This document shows, piece after piece, positions 1 through 9,780 of a stretch of 64,000 nucleotides of DNA. The stretch is from assembly GCA_040390065.1 (NCBI GenBank), contig JAZJZE010000009.1:96001-160000 (forward strand), given 5' to 3'. The first letter of the stretch is position 1, and the number at the start of each line of letters is the position of its first letter. The stretch comes from a bacterium (GTDB lineage Archaea > Thermoplasmatota > E2 > JACPAO01 > JAHFTW01). Below the pieces are notes generated by a model that saw nothing but the letters and a program-made list of their open reading frames with translations, was not told the DNA's origin and ran no database searches. Both the position numbers and the translations under genes were made by a program.

Positions 1-68
1 AGTCGCTGCTGCGCGAACGCTACCGGATGCCGGTCGTCGCCGACATCGCCCTGCTCCTGCGCCTGTAG
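1..68 (+). CDS. 3' end of a gene entering from the left (partial)
   Basis: Open frame ...SLLRERYRMPVVADIALLLRL* ending TAG at 66-68, with GC-rich third codon positions. Confidence 0.5.
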   Translation, partial: SLLRERYRMPVVADIALLLRL

Positions 69-117
69 CGCCGAGTTGGCAAACCTTATCGCAGACGCGC
101 CACCATGGCCATGGCAC

Positions 118-1197
118 ATGCGCGCCTTGGCCCTGGCCCTGCTGGTCGTCGTCGTGCCCCTCTCCGGCTGCTTCGGTGGCGAAGCCCGCACCGAGTGGGC
201 CTTCGACGTGACGCAACTCTCGACGCTCGCGGACATGGGCCGCAGCGGCTCCGGCGTCGTCGTCGCCATCCTGGATACGGGCATCAACCCGAACCACGTT
301 GCCTTGTCGCACCTCTTCGACGGCGACCGTGGCAACGGCGAAGTCATCGAATTCAAGGACTACGTCAACCACCGCGACGGTGTTGGCAACGCCTACGACG
401 ACGACGGCCACGGCAGCCACGTGGCTGGAATCATCGCGGCAAGCGGCTCGTCGCTTGGCGACAAGATCTCGTACAGCGGCATCGACCTCCTGGGCGGGGC
501 GCCTGGCGTCACGCTCGTCATCGCGAAGGTGTGCGGACCTGGCTCCTGCAACTCCCAGGCGATTCCGGATGCCATCAACTGGGCGGTGTCGAAACATGCC
601 CAGATCATCAGCATGAGTTTCGGCGGCGATGCGGCCCTCGGCGTGCTCGGCCTCAACCAGGACGCCATGACGCAAGCCTTGAACGGCGCCATCGCCAAGG
701 GCATCGTTGCCGTCGCGGCAGCCGGCAACACGGGCCCCTCCAACGACGACGTCTCCGAACCCGCCGACATCCCCGACGTGATCGGTGTCGGCGCCATCCA
801 GGAGGACGGGACGGTATGGACGAACTCCAGCCGGGGGAGCCCCATGGCCAACCGTTGCCAGCCGTCGCCCATTCCTGTTCTGCCGAGCGCCGGCCGCTGC
901 GATCCCAGCAAGAAACCGGAACTCGTGGCCCCAGGGGTCGACATCCTCTCGTCCTGGACCGACGACAAGTACGTGCGGGCCACGGGCACCAGCCAGGCAA
1001 CACCGTTCGTGACCTCGGCCATCGCGCTCCTCCTGCAAGGCCGCGCCCCACTGCACAACGCCGACGACGTGCGCCACCTCAAGACGGTGCTCGAGCAGAC
1101 GGCCCGACCCGTCCCAGGCCAGACGCTGCCGCACGACGACGCAGCCGGGTACGGCCTTCTGCAGGCGAAGGCGGCGTACGACGCGTACCGCGGATGA
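118..1197 (+). CDS. S8 subtilisin-like serine protease, lipoprotein
   Basis: Triad motifs ILDTG, HGSHVAG, GTSQATP; lipobox-like LSGC after a hydrophobic stretch from ATG 118; CCTTAT box about 30 nt upstream. Confidence 0.9.
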   Translation: MRALALALLVVVVPLSGCFGGEARTEWAFDVTQLSTLADMGRSGSGVVVAILDTGINPNHVALSHLFDGDRGNGEVIEFKDYVNHRDGVGNAYDDDGHGSHVAGIIAASGSSLGDKISYSGIDLLGGAPGVTLVIAKVCGPGSCNSQAIPDAINWAVSKHAQIISMSFGGDAALGVLGLNQDAMTQALNGAIAKGIVAVAAAGNTGPSNDDVSEPADIPDVIGVGAIQEDGTVWTNSSRGSPMANRCQPSPIPVLPSAGRCDPSKKPELVAPGVDILSSWTDDKYVRATGTSQATPFVTSAIALLLQGRAPLHNADDVRHLKTVLEQTARPVPGQTLPHDDAAGYGLLQAKAAYDAYRG

Positions 1198-1219
1198 GCC
1201 CGCACTCACCCCAACGCCC

Positions 1220-2179
1220 ATGAACGCGCCCCACCCTGCCGGCATCGTGCTGCATGACGTCATCATCATCGGCTCCGGCCCGGCCGGCTGCACGGCCGCC
1301 CTGTACGCCGCCCGCGCGAACCTCAAGGTCCTTGTCGTGGCCGGCTACGAGTCCGGCGGCCAGCTCATGATCACGTCGGACGTCGAGAACTATCCGGGCT
1401 TTGCCGAGGCCATCACGGGGCCCGACCTGATGGCGCGTTTCCGCAAGCAGGCGGAGCGCTTCGGTGCCGTCTTCAAGGACGAAGACGCGACGGCCGTGGA
1501 CTTCACGGGACGGCCGTTCAAGGTGACGAGCGATTCCGGCGTGCACGAGGCCCGCAGCATCATCGTGGCGACTGGCTCCTCGGCGAAATGGCTGGGGCTT
1601 GCGTCCGAGACGCGGCTGCGCGGCCACGGCGTCTCCGCGTGCGCGACCTGCGACGGCTTCTTCTTCAAGGAGAAGGAGGTCGTCGTCGTGGGCGGCGGCG
1701 ACTCGGCGATGGAGGAGGCAACGTTCCTCACCAAGTACGCGACCAAGGTCACGATCATCCACCGCCGCGACTCGTTCAAGGCATCGAAGATCATGGCCTC
1801 GCGCGCCATGAACCACCCGAAGATCAAGATCCTGTGGAACACGACGGTGGAGGAAGTCCTCGGCACGACGTCGGTGGAGGGCGTGCGCATCAAGGACGTC
1901 GCGACCGGCAAGGTCTCCGTCTATCCGGCCGGCGGCTACTTCTCCGCCATCGGCCACGTCCCCAACACGACCATCTTCAAGGGCCAGTTGCACCTCGACG
2001 AGATGGGATACATCCTGTCGGACGGCCCCGTCGAGACCAGCACGAGCGTCGAGGGCGTCTTCGTGGCCGGCGACGTGTACGACCACCGCTACAAGCAGGC
2101 CATCACGGCAGCCGGTTCCGGCTGCAAGGCGGCCATCGACGCCGAAAAGTGGCTGGAAGGGCAAGCTGCCCACGGCTGA
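1220..2179 (+). CDS. trxB: Thioredoxin-disulfide reductase
   Basis: GSGPAG, CATCDG, GGGDSA and FVAGDV...QAITAAGSG motifs. Confidence 0.96.
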   Translation: MNAPHPAGIVLHDVIIIGSGPAGCTAALYAARANLKVLVVAGYESGGQLMITSDVENYPGFAEAITGPDLMARFRKQAERFGAVFKDEDATAVDFTGRPFKVTSDSGVHEARSIIVATGSSAKWLGLASETRLRGHGVSACATCDGFFFKEKEVVVVGGGDSAMEEATFLTKYATKVTIIHRRDSFKASKIMASRAMNHPKIKILWNTTVEEVLGTTSVEGVRIKDVATGKVSVYPAGGYFSAIGHVPNTTIFKGQLHLDEMGYILSDGPVETSTSVEGVFVAGDVYDHRYKQAITAAGSGCKAAIDAEKWLEGQAAHG

Positions 2180-2245
2180 CCTGCGAGTTCGGCGGGCGCC
2201 AAACCTGGACCGCGGCCTTTCGTTGCAGCAATCCATTCGGGCACA

Positions 2246-3178
2246 ATGAGAACGCCTGCCGCGGTGGCCGCCGTGCTCCTCGTCCTGGCTAGCGGATGCG
2301 CGTCGCCCACCGCATCGCAGCCTGCGCCATCCCCTCTGCCGCTTCCGTCGTCGCCCCCCGGCGGCGAAGTCATGGCGCCGGCCTCGTCGTGCCTCAACGC
2401 CACGGGCGCCTCCCGCCACGCCCCGCCTCTGATGCGCGACGACGCACAGCCCCTGGCATCCCTCCCGGCTGCGTTCGGCGACGCCCTCGTCGGCGAACGG
2501 TGGCGGTTCGACCACCCCGATGGAAGGCAGCGCATCAACACGACGACGGAGCACGGTTACCTGCTCGTCGACCATGCGGCCGACGGCAGCATCGACGACG
2601 TCGTGTATGCGACGAACGTGACGTTGTCGCCCACCGATGAATCGGTGGCCATCCGGGGCATGCTCTTGTCGGCGCTCCTGGCCATGGGGGCCAACGCGAC
2701 GCACCTTCGCTTCGACCGCCACTGGTCCGGCCTTTTCGTGTACGAGCACGTGGGCGGCGTGGACGTCTCCGACTTCGCCTCCTACTCCGCCTCGTGGACA
2801 GTCCGCGGCGGGGGCGCCTTCGTCTACGTCTTCCTGAGGCAGTTGCATGACCTGGATGCAGCCCGCATCGCCGTGAGCCAAGCGGCGGCCCGCCAGGCCG
2901 GCTGGCCGGCCCTCGAATGCTACCTCCGGGAGAAGGGCCACGCGGAACTCGTGCCGGAAGGCGGCTTCCGGCAGAACAACCAGGCCAGGTACGGGCCCCT
3001 CGGGATCGCCTTGGACTCCGTCGTCTACAAGTTCGATTTCGGCACGGCCCGGATTTCCTGCGGGGCCGACGGCCCCCAAGTCTATGGCACCGAGGTCGAC
3101 ATCGACGCCGAAACGGGCCAGGCCATCCGGGTCAAGGCCCGGGCGCCCTGCGCAGACGCCCACGATCCCGACATCTAG
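2246..3178 (+). CDS. Hypothetical lipoprotein
   Basis: Signal peptide ending LASGC, Pro-rich linker; fills the trxB-metG gap. Confidence 0.7.
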   Translation: MRTPAAVAAVLLVLASGCASPTASQPAPSPLPLPSSPPGGEVMAPASSCLNATGASRHAPPLMRDDAQPLASLPAAFGDALVGERWRFDHPDGRQRINTTTEHGYLLVDHAADGSIDDVVYATNVTLSPTDESVAIRGMLLSALLAMGANATHLRFDRHWSGLFVYEHVGGVDVSDFASYSASWTVRGGGAFVYVFLRQLHDLDAARIAVSQAAARQAGWPALECYLREKGHAELVPEGGFRQNNQARYGPLGIALDSVVYKFDFGTARISCGADGPQVYGTEVDIDAETGQAIRVKARAPCADAHDPDI

Positions 3179-3281
3179 CACGAGGCTAGCCTGGGTGTCC
3201 ACATGGCGCGCGGCCCACGCGCCCGACGGCACCGGTCGGCATGCAGCATCGCTAAGAACGCCAACCATCCTCGGCCTCGTC

Positions 3282-5384
3282 GTGGCCCGCAGCGCACCCA
3301 CCGCCCCCCCAATCTACATCGGCGTCGCCTGGCCGTACGCCAATGGGCCGCTGCACTTGGGCCACGTCGCCGGCTCGCTCTTGCCGCCCGACATCTTCCG
3401 GCGCGCCATGCGCATGCTCGGCCACGACGTCCTCATGGTGTCCGGCTCGGACTGCCACGGCACGCCCATCATGATCAAGGCCGAATCCGAAGGCAAGACG
3501 CCGGCACAGGTCGTCGAGCACTTCCACAAGGACCACGTGCGGGCTCTCGAGCGCCTCGGCATCGGCTTCGACCTCTTCACCACCACGACGACCGCGAACC
3601 ACAAGGAGTGGGTGCAGAAGGTGTTCCTTGCGGCCCTGGAGATGGGCTACATCGAGAAGCGCACCTCCAAAGCCCCCTACGATGCCAGGGCGGGCCGCTT
3701 CCTGCCGGACCGCTACGTCGAGGGCACCTGCCCGCATTGCAAGACGCCGGGCGCCCGCGGCGACCAATGCGACGCCTGCGGCAAGACCTTGGACCCGAAA
3801 GACCTCAAGGACCCGGTCTCGAAGCTCAACCCGGGAAACGCGGTCACGTTCCGCGACACGGAGCACTTCTTCTTCCTGCTCTCCAAGCTGCAGCCGGCGC
3901 TGGAGCGCTACGTCGCCGCGACCGCGGGCCACTGGCGGGCAAACACCATCAACTTCACCCAGAATTGGCTCAAGGAAGGCCTGCAGGACCGAGCCATCAC
4001 GCGCGACCTCACGTGGGGCATCGACATCCCACTTCCCGGCTACGACGACAAGCGCATCTACGTCTGGTTCGAGGCCGTCTGCGGCTACCTCTCCGCCGCC
4101 GTGGAGTGGGCAAAGAAGTCGGGGCACCCGGACGACTGGATGCGGTTCTGGACCGAGCCGGCATGCAAGGGCTACTACTTCCTCGGCAAGGACAACATCC
4201 CCTTCCACACCATCATCTGGCCCGCGATCCTCATCGCGTACAACGAGAAGCGCGGCAAGGATGGCCAGAGGAGGCTCAACCTGCCGTTCGACGTGCCGGC
4301 CAACGAGTTCCTCAACCTCGCCGGCCTGAAGTTCAGCAAGTCGCAAGGCGTCGGCATCGGCGTGCACGAGGTCCTCGACCGCTTCGAGGCGGACGCCGTG
4401 CGCTACTACCTCAGCATCAACATGCCCGAGGGCAAGGACGCAGACTGGACATGGGACGACTTCTCCTCGAAGGTCAACGACGAACTCGTCGGCACGCTCG
4501 GGAACCTGTTCAACCGCGTCACCACCATCGCGCAGAGGAGCCTGGCGACGATTCCGCCGGAGCCGCCCGCCAGCCACAAGCTGTCGCAGCAAGTCGAGGC
4601 AGCGATCCTCGGGTGCGGCGAGGACATGGCCCTGCACCTGCAATCCGTGCGACTGCGCCCCGCAATGCGGCGCCTCATGGACCTCGCCGGACAGGGAAAC
4701 CAGTGGATGCAGGAGGCCGCACCTTGGGCCAAGCTCAAGACCGACCCGGCGGAGGCCGCGCACGACTTGCACGCCCTGCTGCGCCTTTGCCGCGCCCTTT
4801 CCGTCTACATGGCTCCGTTCATGCCGACCGCGGCCGCCAACGCATGGACGGCGCTTGGCGAAGCGGGCTCCGTGCATGACCAGCCGTGGTCCGCCGCGCG
4901 GGCTCACGTGAAGGTCGGCGCAGCCCTCCCCGAAGCGAAGCCCCTCTTCAAGAAACTCGACCCGAAGGAGATTGCTGCATTGTCCGGACCCACACCAGCC
5001 TCGCCAGGAGAGCCGAAAGCCGCGGCCCCCGAAGCCACGGCGCACCCGAACAAGGACGGGCCCGTCACCATCGAGGAGTTCCAGCGCATCCACATCCGCA
5101 TCGCCAAGATCAAGTCCGTCGAGAACCACCCGAAGGCGGACAAATTGTACGTCCTCAAACTCGACGCCGGCGACCTCGGCGAGCGGCAAGTCGTCGCGGG
5201 ATTGAAGGCGCATTACAAGCCCGAGGAACTCGTGGGCAAGACGGTGGCCTTCGTGGCCAACCTCAAACCGGCCGTTCTGCGCGGCGTGGAGAGCCAAGGC
5301 ATGGTCCTGGCCGGCGACGACGGCACCCTGGTCGGCGTCCTGACGCCAGACCGCGCCCTGCCCGCGGGTTCCAAAGTGCGCTAG
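3282..5384 (+). CDS. metG: Methionine--tRNA ligase with C-terminal tRNA-binding domain
   Basis: PYANGPLHLGH (HIGH), CPHC/CDAC zinc knuckles, KFSKS, C-terminal HPKADKLY...GVESQGM; GTG start at 3282 inferred. Confidence 0.96.
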   Translation: MARSAPTAPPIYIGVAWPYANGPLHLGHVAGSLLPPDIFRRAMRMLGHDVLMVSGSDCHGTPIMIKAESEGKTPAQVVEHFHKDHVRALERLGIGFDLFTTTTTANHKEWVQKVFLAALEMGYIEKRTSKAPYDARAGRFLPDRYVEGTCPHCKTPGARGDQCDACGKTLDPKDLKDPVSKLNPGNAVTFRDTEHFFFLLSKLQPALERYVAATAGHWRANTINFTQNWLKEGLQDRAITRDLTWGIDIPLPGYDDKRIYVWFEAVCGYLSAAVEWAKKSGHPDDWMRFWTEPACKGYYFLGKDNIPFHTIIWPAILIAYNEKRGKDGQRRLNLPFDVPANEFLNLAGLKFSKSQGVGIGVHEVLDRFEADAVRYYLSINMPEGKDADWTWDDFSSKVNDELVGTLGNLFNRVTTIAQRSLATIPPEPPASHKLSQQVEAAILGCGEDMALHLQSVRLRPAMRRLMDLAGQGNQWMQEAAPWAKLKTDPAEAAHDLHALLRLCRALSVYMAPFMPTAAANAWTALGEAGSVHDQPWSAARAHVKVGAALPEAKPLFKKLDPKEIAALSGPTPASPGEPKAAAPEATAHPNKDGPVTIEEFQRIHIRIAKIKSVENHPKADKLYVLKLDAGDLGERQVVAGLKAHYKPEELVGKTVAFVANLKPAVLRGVESQGMVLAGDDGTLVGVLTPDRALPAGSKVR

Positions 5385-5388
5385 CCGC

Positions 5389-6264
5389 CTACCCCGGCGT
5401 CTCGTCGATGACCTTCTTGGATCGGATGAACGTCCCCTTGCGCAAGTCGCTCACGGCCTCGACGATCTCGTCATTGGTGTTCATGACGATAGGGCCGTGC
5501 CACGCGATGGGCTCACCAAGCGGCGTCCCGGACACGAGAATGAAGCGTACGCCCTCCTCGCCTGCCACGACGTGCACGTTGTCCCCCGGACCGTAGACGG
5601 CCGTCTCCCCCGGTCCAAACCAGGAATCCGCATCGAAGCGCCCCTTGCCGGAGAGAATCTGCGCAAAGACGGTGTCGCCGGTGCGAACCTTGTGCTTGAA
5701 TTCTGACGTCGGCTGCAACGCGACGTCGAGGTAGTGCGGGTCCACGGCCGTGTTGTGCACCGGCCCCGTCGCGCCTTCATGCGTCCCCGCGATGACCTTG
5801 ATGACCGACCCGTCGGCGCCCTTCACCACGGGGATTGCATTCGCCGTCACGCCACGATAGGCGGGCGTCTCCATCTTGAGGCGGCGCGGCAGGTTGATCC
5901 ACAACTGCAGACCGGACAAGAGACCGTCCGTGCGTTGCGGCATCTCCTGGTGCATGATGCCGGAGCCAGCACTCATCCACTGCACCTCGCCGGGCCCGAT
6001 GGTTCCCTTGTTGCCGAGAGTGTCCTCGTGGTCCGTGCGGCCATCTAGCATGTACGTCACGGTCTCCATGCCGCGGTGCGGATGCCACGGGAAACCCTTG
6101 ACGTAATCCTCGGGCCGCGTCGAACCAAAATTGTCCAACAGCAGGAACGGGTCGAGAAGCGGCACCTCGGCATTGCCGAACATGCGGCTCAAGCGGACGC
6201 CAGCACCCTCCATCGTGGGGCGGCCGCGGAAGCGGCGGGCGATGATGCGCGTGGTTGGTTGCAT
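5389..6264 (-). CDS. Pirin family protein
   Basis: DPFLLLD, HPHRGMETVTY, AGSGIMHQEMP, GPIVMNT. Confidence 0.95.
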   Translation of the reverse strand: MQPTTRIIARRFRGRPTMEGAGVRLSRMFGNAEVPLLDPFLLLDNFGSTRPEDYVKGFPWHPHRGMETVTYMLDGRTDHEDTLGNKGTIGPGEVQWMSAGSGIMHQEMPQRTDGLLSGLQLWINLPRRLKMETPAYRGVTANAIPVVKGADGSVIKVIAGTHEGATGPVHNTAVDPHYLDVALQPTSEFKHKVRTGDTVFAQILSGKGRFDADSWFGPGETAVYGPGDNVHVVAGEEGVRFILVSGTPLGEPIAWHGPIVMNTNDEIVEAVSDLRKGTFIRSKKVIDETPG

Positions 6265-6556
6265 GGGGCCCAGGCAGAAACGCCCGACATTTAGACATGG
6301 TTGAAGGCGCAAAGACCGGGGAAGAACAGAAAAACGGGCAGCCTGCTTGTCACCGACCAACGCGCGATTTGTCCTCCTCCGACGGCGCCGACCACAGATT
6401 GCGACAAATCGCACATGGCGAGCTGGAGTGCTCCCGGTCGGGGCGAGCCGCCCGTCGCGAAGCGCGGGCGTGCGAGGGCGTGGCAAGCCCACGGCGAAGC
6501 GGGTGGGCGGGGGCCGCCGGGGGCCCGACGTGGCTGTCGGGTTGAATTGGCTGGCC

Positions 6557-6753
6557 AGTGTCGGCGGCCTGGGATTGCGGGGATCAAACGGCGACGTTTG
6601 GGATTTGGCGGTCGACCACGCAGTCCCAAGAATCGCCGTTGGCATCCCCGAAATCCGAAGGCCGCCCACACTCCGCCGCCCAACGAACCACTGAACGCAC
6701 TGAACGCCCCGGCGCGTCGGGTCCAGTGAGCTCAGTGAATTCAGTGGTTCGTT
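6557..6753. repeat. Composite palindromic element: inverted arms 6557-6605 and 6622-6672, then a CACTGAAC 9-mer hairpin at 6682-6753
   Basis: Arms are imperfect reverse complements; the same parts recur at 61469-61519 and 62340-62466. Confidence 0.85.
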
Positions 6754-6823
6754 CGGAGGCACAGCCAGCCACGCGGCCGGCAGACCGCCGCCGTCATCTG
6801 CGGCTCGCGCCGTCCGACAAGGC

Positions 6824-7309
6824 GTGGCTCGGCACAAGGTGGACGGGGTGGTGAAGCTCCTTTTCTGGGCGCTCCTGCTGTTCCCGGCAGCCGTGATTGG
6901 CCCCCTGCTGTGGAAGATCATCACATTCGGGGCAGAGCGCGCGCTGGAGGGGCGACTCCCGCCCCCCTGGGCCCGCGCAGCCATGTTGCTGCCCTACCTG
7001 CTACTCGTTGCGGCGGGTTTCACCGGGCTCACGTATCGAACCCTGCGCAACGACTGGTGGCCGCTCTTGAACGCCATGAGCGCTGGACTACCTGTCGCGT
7101 TGGTCTGGGGGGGCGCTTGGTGGAACCTGGCCGGGGCATGGACCTGCGGATTCTTCTGCGTCGACGCGACTCCGCCTGGGTTGCCGCTCTTGTTGGGATT
7201 GTGGGCAGGCACCACGATGGCTGGCGGCTTTGCATTGGGGGGCTGGCTCGTGGCGCGCCGAACCCGCTCCCCGGTTCTGGGTGGTCTCGCAATTGAGAAA
7301 TCGAATTGA
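6824..7309 (+). CDS. Hypothetical membrane protein (about 4 TM)
   Basis: Four hydrophobic segments; start uncertain; lies between palindromic elements. Confidence 0.6.
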   Translation: MARHKVDGVVKLLFWALLLFPAAVIGPLLWKIITFGAERALEGRLPPPWARAAMLLPYLLLVAAGFTGLTYRTLRNDWWPLLNAMSAGLPVALVWGGAWWNLAGAWTCGFFCVDATPPGLPLLLGLWAGTTMAGGFALGGWLVARRTRSPVLGGLAIEKSN

Positions 7310-7340
7310 CAACGGCCGACAGCCTCGAACGACCGCCCTA

Positions 7341-7560
7341 CCGGCCTCGGGGGCCGGAGGCGAGCGAAGCGAGCCACGCGATGCTCACGCCGAGCGAAGC
7401 GATGGCGCCGTGGACGCGGATGAGGCCGGGCCGCGATGAGCGGCCCGACGCCGACCGGCCCCCGTCTCCTCCGGGGGGTCTGGGGCCCGGAGGGCCCCAG
7501 AGTGGGCCGAACCCCATGCGTTTGGTTTGGTCCGAGCGCAGCGATGGAGCCAATCAAACG
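7341..7560. repeat. REP-like cluster of GC-rich hairpins with GAGCG(A/C)AGCGA loops
   Basis: Motif at 7362, 7392 and 7534, each in a stem loop; CTGGGGCCC-GGA-GGGCCCCAG hairpin. Confidence 0.6.
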
Positions 7561-7805
7561 TTGACGACGGCTTTGACTTCCGGCACGCGTTCCTTGAGGA
7601 TGCGCTCGATGCCGGCCTGGAGTGTGAGGGTGCTCATGCCGCAGCCGTTGCAGGCTCCATGCATGCGCAGTTGGACGACACCCGTGTCCGGGCTGAAGTC
7701 GACGAGTTCCGCGTCGCCGCCGTCGAATTGCAGGGCGGGCCGGATCTCGTCCAAGGCGGCCTGCAGGCGGGCCATCAGTTCGGAGGCGGTCTCGAGTTCT
7801 GCCAT
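7554..7805 (-). CDS. NifU/NfuA-like Fe-S carrier domain protein
   Basis: IRPALQFDGGD...GACNGCGMS..TL..GIE signature. Confidence 0.93.
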   Translation of the reverse strand: MAELETASELMARLQAALDEIRPALQFDGGDAELVDFSPDTGVVQLRMHGACNGCGMSTLTLQAGIERILKERVPEVKAVVNV

Positions 7806-7986
7806 CGTGGTCCTACTCTACGGCCGTGGCCATAAGGCTTCGCCTCGGCGCGATGGCGTCCCTCGCCGCGCTTGGACCCATCGCGCCGTGGGCGGGTTGC
7901 ACCCGCCCCCGCCCGTTCGGCCTGTTGGCCTCGCGGGCAGGTCGCCGACGGGGGCAACGCGTGGCATGCCCGCGAAGCCAACGACG

Positions 7987-9780
7987 CTACGCGCCGAATC
8001 CGAGGAAGTTTGCTGCTGCCCTGAAGGACGCATCCATGAATGGCTGCGGCCAGACGCCCATGGCCAGGATGAGGAGGGCGCAGACTCCGACGGCTGCGAT
8101 GGTGCCCGCGGGTGCGTCGAGGCGGCCGGTCTCGCCCTCGTCGACGTACATGGCGCGCATGACGCGCAGGTAGACGAACAGGCTGATGGCCGAATTGATG
8201 ACCGCGATGATGGCGAGCCAGGTGAGCCAGCCCATGTGCTGCGTCGTGCCCGCGTCCACGGCTCCCGAGAAGAGGACGAACTTGCTGGCAAATCCGCCAA
8301 GCGGCGGCAGGCCGGCCATGGAGAGCAGGAACAGCGTCATGGCGAAGGCGAGGAACGGTGCGCGCTTGCCGAGGCCGCGCCAATCCGAGATCTGGTCGGG
8401 GAGTCCGGCGTAGAGGAGGGCGCCGACGATGAGGAATGCGCCGAGCTTCATGGCGGCGTTGGCAAGGAGGTGGAAGAAACCGCCGCCGAGGGCGAGTGTT
8501 GCCGTCTTCTGCGCCAGGAGCGACGCCTGGTTGGCCTCCGAACCGCCGACGGCGCCGGCTGCGACGACGGCGATGAGGACGTAGCCGGCCTGCGCGATGG
8601 AGGAGTAGGCCAACATGCGACGGATGTTGGTCTGCTGCAGCGCAACGAGGTTGCCGAAGAACATGCTCGCCACGGCGATGACCGCGACGACCAGTTCCCA
8701 GTTCGCGTGCGCGCCCGGCAAGCCGATGAGGAAGACGCTGAAGATGGCCGCGAAGCCCATGGCCTTGCTGGCGGCGGCGAGCATTCCGGCGACGGGGACG
8801 GGCGCGCCTGCGTAGACGTCGGGCGCCCAGGCGTGGAAGGGCACGCTCGAGATCTTGAAGCCCAGGCCGGCTAGCAGCATGACGATGGGGATCAGCATCG
8901 CGGCGTCGAAGGCGCCGTGCGTGCGGATGGCCGTTGCGAGGCTCGCGATGTTCGTCGTTCCCGCCATGCCGTACAGGAGGCTTACCGCGAACAGCAGGAG
9001 GCCGCTCGAGATGGCGCCGATGGTGAAGTACTTCAGGCTGGCCTCGGCGCCGACGGCGTCGCGGCGGAAGCCCGCAAGGACGTAGCTGGACATGGACGTC
9101 ATCTCGATGCCGAGGACCAGGACGATGAGGTCGCGGGCGGAGGCGACGACCATCATGCCGAGGGTGGCAAAGAGGATGAGGCTCACGAATTCGCCCCAGT
9201 CCTCCTCGGTCTTGCCCTTGAGGGGCTTGCCGACGCCGAGGATGGCGATGAAGGCGACGCCGAGGAAGAGGACCTTGAGAAGCTGGCTGGCGTACGTCAC
9301 CGACAGGACGTGCGCGACCGGGTCGCCGGCGACGAGGGCGTCCTGGCTGCGGGCAATGTAGTCGAAGGGCACCGAGAAGCTGCCGATGTTCAGGGTCCAC
9401 GACACCAGGCTCGAGGCGCAGAGGAAGAGGGCGCCGCCGAGGCCGACGACGGCGAAGTTGCGCATGTCGCGGCCCGTGGAGTTGCCGAGGCCGACCAGCG
9501 GCGCCAGCACTGCGAACAGCAGGATGACGAGTTCGGGCGTCAAGGCCTGCCACGACGGCGGCATGGCGAAGTGCTTGAAATTCTCCGACGTCCACCAGTG
9601 CTGCATGTAGCCGAGGACGAGGACGGCGGCGAGCGCCGCGATGAGGAGCCAGCCGAGGATGCCGTTGTCTTTCTTCGTGGCCGCGGGGGTCGGCATGTGC
9701 TCGGGGACTGGCATGGATGGCGACGGCGTAGCCAGGACGTTGGCGGCCTCGACCTCCATCGCATCAGCGTCGTCCTCCAT
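7987..9780 (-). CDS. nuoN: Complex I-like subunit N
   Basis: EASLKYF, FKISSVPFHAWAPDVY, RMLAYSSIAQAGY; ATG overlaps the nuoM stop. Confidence 0.95.
   Translation of the reverse strand: MEDDADAMEVEAANVLATPSPSMPVPEHMPTPAATKKDNGILGWLLIAALAAVLVLGYMQHWWTSENFKHFAMPPSWQALTPELVILLFAVLAPLVGLGNSTGRDMRNFAVVGLGGALFLCASSLVSWTLNIGSFSVPFDYIARSQDALVAGDPVAHVLSVTYASQLLKVLFLGVAFIAILGVGKPLKGKTEEDWGEFVSLILFATLGMMVVASARDLIVLVLGIEMTSMSSYVLAGFRRDAVGAEASLKYFTIGAISSGLLLFAVSLLYGMAGTTNIASLATAIRTHGAFDAAMLIPIVMLLAGLGFKISSVPFHAWAPDVYAGAPVPVAGMLAAASKAMGFAAIFSVFLIGLPGAHANWELVVAVIAVASMFFGNLVALQQTNIRRMLAYSSIAQAGYVLIAVVAAGAVGGSEANQASLLAQKTATLALGGGFFHLLANAAMKLGAFLIVGALLYAGLPDQISDWRGLGKRAPFLAFAMTLFLLSMAGLPPLGGFASKFVLFSGAVDAGTTQHMGWLTWLAIIAVINSAISLFVYLRVMRAMYVDEGETGRLDAPAGTIAAVGVCALLILAMGVWPQPFMDASFRAAANFLGFGA

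Noticed and set aside
7298-7571. Fifth 3'-end duplication at nifU (TTGACAACGGC versus TTGACGACGGC)
   Set aside because: Only about 10 of 11 nt match and the stop codon is not reproduced, so it cannot be told from chance.
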